From NCBI RefSeq assembly GCF_009829985.1, contig NZ_SZZU01000002.1:24811-56810 (forward strand): a stretch of 32,000 nucleotides of DNA. The letters are read 5' to 3'. The notes beneath the pieces were generated by a model, which ran no database searches, was not told the DNA's origin, and saw nothing but the letters and a program-made list of their open reading frames with translations. Source of the DNA: Pantoea sp. Aalb. Its GTDB lineage: Bacteria; Pseudomonadota; Gammaproteobacteria; Enterobacterales; Enterobacteriaceae. The translations under genes were made by a program, and so were the position numbers. Positions 11,881 through 19,772 of this stretch are shown here, piece after piece; the first letter of the stretch is position 1; every line of letters starts with the position of its first letter.

Positions 11881-12501
11881 ATGAGTTATTTACTACCATC
11901 TTTACCCTATGCATACGATGCATTAGAACCATTTTTTGATAAGCAAACAATGGAACTTCATCATACTAAACATCATCAGAGTTATGTTAATAATGCTAAT
12001 TTAGCGTTAGAAAATACTGAGTTTAAAACCTTATCAGTTAATGAATTAATCTCTAAATTAGATCAATTACCAAAAAATAAAAAGGAAATGTTACGTAATA
12101 ATGCAGGTGGTCATGCTAATCATAGTTTCTTTTGGAAAGGTTTAAAAAAAGGTACTACTCTACAAGGAACTTTAAAACTTGCTATTGAAAAAGATTTCAA
12201 TAGTGTAAATCAATTTCAAGAAGAATTTGAAAAAGTAGCATTAGCTCGATTTGGCTCTGGTTGGATTTGGTTAATAAAAAAAGAGGATAAACTATCCATA
12301 GTTTCTACTGCTAATCAAGATAACCCTTTAATGGGTGAAAATATTATTGGTATATCAGGTTATCCAATTCTTGCTTTAGATGTTTGGGAACATGCTTATT
12401 ATTTAAAATATCAAAATAGACGCAATGATTATATAAAAGCATTTTGGAATGTTGTCAATTGGAATGAAGCATTAGACATTTTTAATAATATGAATAAATA
12501 A
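11881..12501 (+). CDS. sodA: Superoxide dismutase [Mn]
   Basis: 206 aa. [40 protein letters not shown]...[13 protein letters not shown]...FGSGWIWL...[29 protein letters not shown] matches E. coli SodA (206 aa). An AAGAGG Shine-Dalgarno lies 6 nt upstream. Confidence 0.96.
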   Translation: MSYLLPSLPYAYDALEPFFDKQTMELHHTKHHQSYVNNANLALENTEFKTLSVNELISKLDQLPKNKKEMLRNNAGGHANHSFFWKGLKKGTTLQGTLKLAIEKDFNSVNQFQEEFEKVALARFGSGWIWLIKKEDKLSIVSTANQDNPLMGENIIGISGYPILALDVWEHAYYLKYQNRRNDYIKAFWNVVNWNEALDIFNNMNK

Positions 12502-12618
12502 AATGTTCATATTTTACTATTGTAGTTTATTATAAATGGAGTTTATTTTGATAAAATTTAATTATTTTTATAATTGACAATAGTTTAATTACAATTAATA
12601 ATATAATATCGTTATAGT

Positions 12619-13608
12619 TTGACTCGTGAAGCTATTATAAGTATGTCTATTTCTTTAAAAAAATATCCAATAAATAATAAGGAGTTAATATCATTTTTTT
12701 TATCCTTAGTAAGTGGTCAGTTCAGACCGAATAATTCATGGGATAAAAGAAAATTTCGTATTAAATTTGCTTTGAGATCTCTTGTATTCCCTGTTACTAC
12801 TTTTCATTATCTTAGTCAATTAGTAAAAATTACTGATTTTCCTAAGTTACTAACTATACAAGGTTTATTGCCAGCAAAGCTACATCGTCCATATTTACGT
12901 ACTGGTTTTAGTACAGCACAGCGAGCTCAGGCTATAATAGATCATTATACATCGTTAGATCAGCTAGATAGTCTTGTCTTACGTAAATTGATGCAAAATT
13001 ATAATGATACTCCACTTGCTAGTTTTACAGGCAAAAATAATACAAGTTTTTTAGTAATTTGTTGTCCTGCTAGTTTTGATCGTGAAGGTGAAATTACTTT
13101 AATTTTACTCTATGAAAAATTATTAGTCGCATCACTTTCGTTTTCCATTATTCAAGAAAATAAACAAAAAACATTATTAATTGGAGGTTTACAAGGACCC
13201 CGTCATGTTACTTCTATTAATACGATTCGTGATGCTACTAAAGCGATGTATGGAATATTTCCCAAACGTTTACTTGTTGAAGTTGCTTATATTCTTGCAG
13301 AATTATGTAATATAAAAAAAATTGCAGCTGTAAGTGATAGAACACATGTTTTTTATAGTTTACGTTACCGTTATAGTAAAAAACATAAGTTTTTTGCAAG
13401 CTACAATGAGTTTTGGATTTCATTAGGAGGAAAAACTCGTAAGGATAATATGTTTGATTTACCAACATATATAAAACGTAAGAATACACAAGAAATTGTT
13501 AGCAAAAAGAGATCTGAATATCGTCGTCGCAGTATACTTTTAGATAATTTGATTGAACAAATTTATCAAACAGCTTGTGTAAAACGCAACATATTACATA
13601 ATCTATAA
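12619..13608 (+). CDS. VirK/YbjX family protein (DUF535)
   Basis: 329 aa from TTG 12619; ATG 12643 is an equally plausible start. The blocks LPAKLHRPYL, AIIDHY, LLIGGLQGP, ATKAMYGIFPKRLLVE, IAAVSDRTHVFYSLRYR, YNEFWISLGG and SKKRSEYRRR match my recollection of E. coli YbjX and Shigella/Salmonella VirK. Confidence 0.8.
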   Translation: MTREAIISMSISLKKYPINNKELISFFLSLVSGQFRPNNSWDKRKFRIKFALRSLVFPVTTFHYLSQLVKITDFPKLLTIQGLLPAKLHRPYLRTGFSTAQRAQAIIDHYTSLDQLDSLVLRKLMQNYNDTPLASFTGKNNTSFLVICCPASFDREGEITLILLYEKLLVASLSFSIIQENKQKTLLIGGLQGPRHVTSINTIRDATKAMYGIFPKRLLVEVAYILAELCNIKKIAAVSDRTHVFYSLRYRYSKKHKFFASYNEFWISLGGKTRKDNMFDLPTYIKRKNTQEIVSKKRSEYRRRSILLDNLIEQIYQTACVKRNILHNL

Positions 13609-14302
13609 TAATATAATAAAAATAATAGTAAAAATATAAGAAAATTTTTATTTTTTACTACTTTAATTTAAAATTATCTATTTATTACTTTTATAGTTAA
13701 GTGTATATTACATGTTTTATTTAAAATACAGAGTATAATATACTATACTATTAGTGATAGAAAAAATATAAATTTTATACAATTAATTATCTACAATCAT
13801 TTTTATATATTAGAATTTAAAGTTTAATATTAGTGTTAGAAGAAAATACGCTATAAGTTAAGATAAGATCTTATATATATTATTTGTAATGATATATATA
13901 ACTTGCTAAAGGAAAAACAGTATTGTAATATTCTATTGTAAATAAATAGTATTTTTATATAATTTAGTATATTTCTATCTTATTTTCAGAGTAAAATTAA
14001 AATAATTAAATGATTATTGAACTCAATATCTTCAATGAAGAATTGAAGATAAATATAATGTATATATGTTCAATTTTGTTTTTTAAACGGTATATAAATA
14101 CATATACTAATATCGAAATTTGATTTTATCATTAATTTAATATGTAATATTAATACCAAATAATTATTTTAATAAATAATAGATTTTTCAATAGTTATGA
14201 AATAATTTTCAAATTATTTGTATAAAATCAAGAAATTAAAAGTAAATATCAATAAATCAATTATTATAATTTACTTTAAAATTTATTAAAAAAATCTAAC
14301 TT

Positions 14303-14344
14303 AAAATATTATATATAGAATATTTATTCTATATATAATATTTT
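14303..14344. repeat. Perfect 20-bp inverted repeat (2-nt spacer) inside the 1.24-kb gene-free spacer
   Basis: aaaatattatatatagaata tt tattctatatataatatttt, with arms 14303-14322 and 14325-14344 checked base by base. It is the longest perfect palindrome I found in the window. Confidence 0.7.
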
Positions 14345-14852
14345 TCAATTATATGAAAACATTATAGATTATAATATAATAATAATTTATATTATATTGG
14401 TAATTTATTTTGTTTTATAAATTAGTAATACTTAATAAGACTTAATAAAATAATTTTATCTATGAATTACATAAATATATTTAACATCAGAATATTTTAA
14501 TTTTAATTATTTATAGATAACAGTATTAATTTTAAAAAATATTATTTTATAATATATGAATTATACTTTAATTTCCATAGAAGTTAAATGTTTGAATTAT
14601 TTAAATAATAGAGGTATTAAAAATTATTTTTTTTTATTTGGATTTATTTTTTAAAAAATTGTATAGTTCAAAAGATAAAGCAAAAGGGTAAAGTCAGAAT
14701 TTTGTATGATTAACTGTATCCTGCTCATAGCTAAGTATAGTTAATTGCTAAATTAAAAGTACTTTACGAATGTGTATTAAATAAATTAAAGTTAACTTAT
14801 AATTGATTATTTTATATCAATTCGTTAATAATATTTATTTTGGAGTTAAAGC

Positions 14853-15185
14853 ATGAGCAGCGATAAAATTGTTCAACTAACCGATAATAGTTTTGATGAT
14901 TATATTCTCAAAACAGAAGGTATGATCTTAGTGGATTTTTGGGCTGAATGGTGTGGTCCTTGTAAAATGATCGCTCCAATTCTAGATGAAATAGCAGAAG
15001 AATATAATGATAAGCTTACTATTGCCAAATTAAACATTGATGATAATCCAGACAGTGCATCTAAATATAATATTCGTGGGATTCCTACTATGCTATTGTT
15101 CAAAAACAATAAAGTAAAAGCGACTAAGGTTGGTGCTTTATCTAAAAGTCAACTTAAAGAGTTCTTGAACGAGAATTTGGCTTAA
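14853..15185 (+). CDS. trxA: Thioredoxin 1
   Basis: 110 aa. The active site is [32 protein letters not shown] and [14 protein letters not shown] are collinear with E. coli TrxA (109 aa). A TGGAG Shine-Dalgarno lies upstream. Confidence 0.97.
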   Translation: MSSDKIVQLTDNSFDDYILKTEGMILVDFWAEWCGPCKMIAPILDEIAEEYNDKLTIAKLNIDDNPDSASKYNIRGIPTMLLFKNNKVKATKVGALSKSQLKEFLNENLA

Positions 15186-15207
15186 TTCAACTCAAGTATA
15201 GTATCTC

Positions 15208-15242
15208 GTCCGCAATGATTATTATTTTTCATTGTTGTGGAC
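15208..15242 (+). other. Imperfect G/C-containing hairpin 23 nt after the trxA stop
   Basis: gtcc-g-caatga ... tcattg-ttgt-ggac: the outer GTCC/GGAC and inner CAATGA/TCATTG pair around an asymmetric internal loop. No U-tract follows, so it is not a canonical intrinsic terminator. Confidence 0.35.
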
Positions 15243-15265
15243 GTATCTATTCAGGTATATGTAAG

Positions 15266-15294
15266 TTGATATCACTGCATTGTGCTCTTACATT
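15266..15294 (+). promoter_or_regulatory. Candidate sigma-70 promoter for rho
   Basis: TTGATA (15266-15271), a 17-nt spacer, then TACATT (15289-15294). It would give a leader of about 240 nt, similar in length to the E. coli rho leader. This is a motif match only. Confidence 0.3.
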
Positions 15295-15542
15295 TAAAGC
15301 TTAACCCTTTTTGCATTGAAAGTTTTCGTAGTTTGGCACTGATAATTTAAATATTTTTTACCTTTCAACTATCTTCTTGTTTTCTATGTTCATATTTAAC
15401 GTGATGATATTTGTTAAGTTAGAGAGATTAAAATTGAAAGGGCCATAATTAAAATGCATGGTTTTTATCATGTCATTTACGATAAATGTTTCGATAATTA
15501 TCTAGAACTTAAGAGCCTATCATAATTTAAGAACTCATCACT

Positions 15543-16802
15543 ATGAATCTTACCGAATTAAAAAATACACCAGTTTCTGAGTTGATTATTGTCGGCGAAA
15601 ATATGGGACTGGAAAACTTAGCACGTATGCGTAAACAAGATATTATCTTTGCCATTTTAAAACAACATGCAAAAAGCGGTGAAGATATCTTCGGTGATGG
15701 TGTACTGGAGATATTACAAGATGGATTTGGTTTTCTTCGTTCTGGAGATAGCTCGTACCTTGCTGGACCAGATGATATATATGTTTCCCCTAGCCAAATT
15801 CGTCGATTTAATCTTCGTACAGGAGATACTATTTCTGGTAAAATTCGGCCTCCAAAAGAAGGAGAACGCTACTTTGCATTATTAAAGGTTAATGAAGTTA
15901 ATTATGATAAGCCAGAAAACGCTCGTAGTAAAATTTTATTTGAAAATCTTACACCATTGCATGCTAATAATCGTTTAGGAATGGAAAGAGGGAATGGTTC
16001 TACTGAAGATTTAACTGCTCGAGTTTTAGATCTAGCTTCTCCAATTGGTCGTGGTCAACGTGGATTAATTGTAGCACCACCTAAAGCTGGTAAAACTATG
16101 CTTTTGCAAAATATTGCACAGAGCATTGCTTATAATTATCCAGATTGTGTTTTGATGGTATTATTAATAGATGAACGTCCTGAAGAAGTCACAGAAATGC
16201 AGCGTTTAGTAAAAGGTGAAGTAATAGCATCAACTTTTGATGAACCTGCTTCACGACATGTACAAGTTGCTGAAATGGTTATTGAAAAAGCTAAACGCTT
16301 AGTAGAACATAAAAAAGATGTTATTATTTTACTTGATTCTATTACTCGATTAGCACGAGCGTATAATACCGTAGTTCCTGCTTCTGGTAAAGTATTAACA
16401 GGTGGTGTTGATGCTAATGCTTTGCATCGTCCAAAGCGGTTTTTCGGTGCTGCACGTAATGTAGAAGAAGGCGGTAGCCTAACTATTATTGCTACTTCTT
16501 TAGTAGATACTGGATCAAAAATGGATGAAGTAATTTATGAAGAATTTAAAGGTACTGGTAACATGGAATTACATTTATCACGTAAAATAGCAGAAAAACG
16601 TGTATTTCCAGCTATAGATTATAATCGTTCTGGAACTCGTAAAGAAGAATTATTAACTTCTCAAGAAGAGTTACAAAAAATGTGGATATTACGTAAAATC
16701 ATTCAACCTATGGGTGAAATAGATGCTATGGAATTTCTCATTAATAAATTATCTATGACTAAAACTAATGATGAGTTTTTTGATATGATGAAACGTTCTT
16801 AA
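15543..16802 (+). CDS. rho: Transcription termination factor Rho
   Basis: 419 aa, the same length as E. coli Rho and well above 90% identical to the recalled sequence ([15 protein letters not shown]..., [34 protein letters not shown], ending [15 protein letters not shown]). Confidence 0.99.
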   Translation: MNLTELKNTPVSELIIVGENMGLENLARMRKQDIIFAILKQHAKSGEDIFGDGVLEILQDGFGFLRSGDSSYLAGPDDIYVSPSQIRRFNLRTGDTISGKIRPPKEGERYFALLKVNEVNYDKPENARSKILFENLTPLHANNRLGMERGNGSTEDLTARVLDLASPIGRGQRGLIVAPPKAGKTMLLQNIAQSIAYNYPDCVLMVLLIDERPEEVTEMQRLVKGEVIASTFDEPASRHVQVAEMVIEKAKRLVEHKKDVIILLDSITRLARAYNTVVPASGKVLTGGVDANALHRPKRFFGAARNVEEGGSLTIIATSLVDTGSKMDEVIYEEFKGTGNMELHLSRKIAEKRVFPAIDYNRSGTRKEELLTSQEELQKMWILRKIIQPMGEIDAMEFLINKLSMTKTNDEFFDMMKRS

Positions 16803-17218
16803 AATTAATATATATAATAAAAAAACTAACTCAGTATAATTTATTTATTTAATTGTTTTAATCTATTTATATTATTTTTTGCTTTAAATTTAGAGAAAAA
16901 TTTCTAAGATAATTAATAAGTATTAATAAATAATAAGTATAAATATTATTTTAGTTTTGTATTTATTTATTTTTTTAAATCAATTTAAGAGATATATAGA
17001 ATATATTAATATATGACTTTGATATATATTTTTATTAGGTAATGATTAACTTAGGCATTTAATGAATTATTTAGTAAAAATATATTTATATTGAATCATA
17101 GTATATGAAAATGATTACTTAATACATGTTTTAAATAAAAATATTATATATTTATTAAATTATTTCTTAAATTACTTATTACTTTTATCAAAGATTTAAT
17201 GTATATTTAAATCATTAT

Positions 17219-17292
17219 GCGCCCGTAGCTCAGTTGGATAGAGCGCTGCCCTCCGGAGGTAGAGGTCTCAGGTTCAAGTCCTGTCGGGCGTA
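17219..17292 (+). tRNA. argX: tRNA-Arg (anticodon CCG), argX orthologue, no encoded CCA
   Basis: GCGCCCGTAGCTCAGTTGGATAGAGCGCTGCCCTCCGGAGGTAGAGGTCTCAGGTTCAAGTCCTGTCGGGCGTA. This is a cloverleaf with anticodon loop CU-CCG-GA, nearly identical to E. coli argX. Differences are G1:U72 instead of G:C, a G:U in the anticodon stem, and T-loop TTCAAGT. It is followed by TCT rather than CCA. Confidence 0.95.
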
Positions 17293-17397
17293 TCTTTGAT
17301 TTTAATGATTTTAATGCAAAAAAAATCATAACATATATAATACAATATATTATCATTTAATATATTAAAAATTAATTCTTATAAAAGAAAACATAAT

Positions 17398-17471
17398 GGT
17401 GGTTATAGCTCAGTTGGTAGAGCCCTGGATTGTGATTCCAGTTGTCGTGGGTTCGAATCCCATTAACCACC
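17398..17471 (+). tRNA. hisR: tRNA-His (anticodon GUG) with encoded G-1, no complete CCA
   Basis: GGTGGTTATAGCTCAGTTGGTAGAGCCCTGGATTGTGATTCCAGTTGTCGTGGGTTCGAATCCCATTAACCACC. It differs from E. coli hisR only by a compensated acceptor-stem pair (C5:G68 to T:A). G-1 pairs with C73. The downstream sequence is CAA. Confidence 0.96.
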
Positions 17472-17593
17472 CAAAATTTTGAAAGCAAAATTAAAAATAA
17501 TAAAGTTATTAATTGTATAAAATCATTTATTATTATATAATGCATAGAAAAATTTATTTATTAAATAATCAATGATTTTATACGATTAATATT

Positions 17594-17667
17594 CGGCGAG
17601 TAGCGCAGTTTGGTAGCGCAACTGGTTTGGGACCAGTGGGTCGGAGGTTCAAATCCTCTCTCGCCGA
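17594..17667 (+). tRNA. proM: tRNA-Pro (anticodon UGG), proM orthologue, no encoded CCA
   Basis: CGGCGAGTAGCGCAGTTTGGTAGCGCAACTGGTTTGGGACCAGTGGGTCGGAGGTTCAAATCCTCTCTCGCCGA. The anticodon loop is UU-UGG-GA, nearly identical to E. coli proM. It is followed by TCA. Confidence 0.95.
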
Positions 17668-17741
17668 TCATATTTAAGTATGTTATTTATTTTTAATAAT
17701 ATATATATTATTAAATTGTTCTATTGTATTTAAATAGAAAA

Positions 17742-17774
17742 AGATTTATTATTAACTAAATTAATAATAAATCT
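17742..17774 (-). terminator. Probable intrinsic terminator of hemCD, which may also stop the convergent tRNA operon
   Basis: Perfect 14-bp stem agatttattattaa / ttaataataaatct with loop ctaaa, starting 8 nt after the hemD stop on the minus strand. It is followed on that strand by TTTTCTATTTA. Confidence 0.5.
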
Positions 17775-17782
17775 AATAGTAT

Positions 17783-18523
17783 TTATTGTAATGCATATAT
17801 TAATGAGTTGTTATCAGCACCATGAGCTACATCAATATTTCTCCATCCTAATTTAGCAGCTTGAATAGCCAAGCGTTCATTGACTACTAACAATCTACAA
17901 CGTAACAGCCATTGTAAGCGATCAATCGGAGTAAACATAACGAAAAGTTGTTCTAGCATTTCGCCACTAGTAACTACTAGTGTTGTAATGCCAATATTAC
18001 GCCATCGTCTACCTTCAATTTTACCATCATAATATTTTTTATGTCTTTGATAACATTCACAATATTTTACTTTTACACCACGCATAACCAACGTTTCAGC
18101 TAATAATTCACGTCCTGTATTACCACGTAGAATTAATGCATTTTTACCATTAATTTTTTTTAAACGATTAAGACGAATCAGTTCTTCACTTGATTCTCTC
18201 TTATGAGGATAATTTACTTCAAGATTAGTCACATTTTTCATGGCTAGTGCTGTACTACGTCCAATAGCATAATAGTCTAAAAATTTAGGCCAAGATATTA
18301 TACTATTTTGTAGAGTAGGATTTGCAAAATATACTACTTGTTGTGATAGTAAAAAAACAAGATCACCATGATGTAAAGTTTGTAATCTTTGAGGAAGGTA
18401 ATGAAGCTCACGACCTGGAGTAAATTGAATTAACGGTAATGCCCATGCAAATTTTCCTATGTTTTTTAGACGTAAAACCAACTCACTAGCTGCTGGTTCT
18501 GGACGAGTTATAAGTATACTCAT
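17783..18523 (-). CDS. hemD: Uroporphyrinogen-III synthase
   Basis: 246 aa, the same length as E. coli HemD. MSILITRPEP, ALILRGNTGRELL, KYCECYQR, VVTSGEMLEQL and LLVVNERLA are collinear. An AAGGA Shine-Dalgarno lies upstream on the minus strand. Confidence 0.93.
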   Translation of the reverse strand: MSILITRPEPAASELVLRLKNIGKFAWALPLIQFTPGRELHYLPQRLQTLHHGDLVFLLSQQVVYFANPTLQNSIISWPKFLDYYAIGRSTALAMKNVTNLEVNYPHKRESSEELIRLNRLKKINGKNALILRGNTGRELLAETLVMRGVKVKYCECYQRHKKYYDGKIEGRRWRNIGITTLVVTSGEMLEQLFVMFTPIDRLQWLLRCRLLVVNERLAIQAAKLGWRNIDVAHGADNNSLIYALQ

Positions 18524-18553
18524 GTTGTGTCCTTGATAAGGATAAAGTTTATT

Positions 18554-19462
18554 TCAAAAAATATTTGATCCTTTCTTTATCAGCTCTTCAGCTAAAGATA
18601 TACCCATTTGTTCACCTTCATCGCGTGTTCCTCGTCTTTCACCAATAACTATATTATTGCCATTGGAAAATCCAATAAACCCTCGTAGCCATAAATTATT
18701 ATTTTCAAGTACAGCAAGGCTACCAATAGGAAGTTGACAGCCCCCTTTTAAACGATTATTCATAGCACGTTCAGCATTTACACACACAGCAGTATCATTA
18801 TGGTTTAATACTTTTAACAATGTTATTAATTCATTATCATGAATACGACATTCTATACCGATTGCACCCTGACCAACAGCTGGTAATAAAAATTCAGCTG
18901 ATAATATTTGTCTAATGCGTTTTTCTAAACCTAAACGCTTCAATCCAGCAGCAGCTAAAACAATTGCATCATATTCACCAGAATCAAGCTTATTTAAACG
19001 AGTTCCAATATTTCCACGTAATGATCGAATCACTAGATCTGGACGATATGCACTTATTTGGCATTGTCGACGCAAACTAGATGTACCAACGATAGAGAAT
19101 TGTGGTAATTTTTCAATAGAGTTATAATGATTAGAAACAAAAGCATCATATGGATTTTCTCGCTTACAAATTGTTACTAAACCTAAGTTTTGTGGGAGTT
19201 CAACTGGTACATCTTTCATAGAATGAACAGCAAAGTCAGCTCTATTTTTTAATATTGCTAATTCAAGATTTTTGACAAATAAACCTTTCCCACCTACCCT
19301 TGGTAAGGGCGTATTAAAAATAAGATCACCTTTTGTGATCATTGGTATTAACTCAATGCGTAATCCAGGATGCGCTGCCATTAAATGTTGTTGAACATAT
19401 TGTGCTTGGCATAAGGCAAGTGGACTTTGCCTTGTGGCAATTCTAAAAATTTTATCTAGCAT
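18554..19462 (-). CDS. hemC: Hydroxymethylbilane synthase (porphobilinogen deaminase)
   Basis: 302 aa. [67 protein letters not shown] and [13 protein letters not shown] match E. coli HemC. It sits immediately upstream of hemD, as in E. coli. Confidence 0.96.
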   Translation of the reverse strand: MLDKIFRIATRQSPLALCQAQYVQQHLMAAHPGLRIELIPMITKGDLIFNTPLPRVGGKGLFVKNLELAILKNRADFAVHSMKDVPVELPQNLGLVTICKRENPYDAFVSNHYNSIEKLPQFSIVGTSSLRRQCQISAYRPDLVIRSLRGNIGTRLNKLDSGEYDAIVLAAAGLKRLGLEKRIRQILSAEFLLPAVGQGAIGIECRIHDNELITLLKVLNHNDTAVCVNAERAMNNRLKGGCQLPIGSLAVLENNNLWLRGFIGFSNGNNIVIGERRGTRDEGEQMGISLAEELIKKGSNIF

Positions 19463-19772
19463 AATATGTAATCAGTTTAATCAGTTATAGATAATTTTAT
19501 TATTTAACAAGTAAATTTATTACATTGAATCTTTTAAAGAAGAATATTAAAGGTAGTTTAATAAATATTAAATTATAATAGTATAAATATGGAGGTATTG
19601 TTTAAAAAACCTATGTTTAATAAAAATTTTTAAAATAATAAAACATGTATCTTTTTGTTTTACGAACTTTTTTAAATATTAAGTAAGTTATATCTTAATT
19701 TTTAAAATAAAACGTAATAAAATAATTATTTAGAAATAGATTTCCTAACATTATATAATTAGGCGAAATGTC

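Larger units (their letters stand above)
15186..15542 (+). promoter_or_regulatory. trxA-rho intergenic region, the probable rho promoter plus a long 5' leader
   Basis: My hand count gives about 29% G+C over 357 nt, versus about 10% in sampled lines of the 13.6-14.9 kb spacer. That is a coding-like composition, yet no ORF exceeds 30 codons. E. coli rho is known to have a long leader used for Rho-dependent autoregulation. Confidence 0.5.

Noticed and set aside
15214-15525. Three short uORFs in the rho leader: 15214-15303 (29 aa), 15386-15445 (19 aa) and 15454-15525 (23 aa). They are possible analogues of the E. coli rhoL leader peptide.
   Set aside because: None resembles the recalled RhoL sequence, none has a clear Shine-Dalgarno, and ORFs of this size are expected by chance. 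They are kept only as a note under the leader finding.
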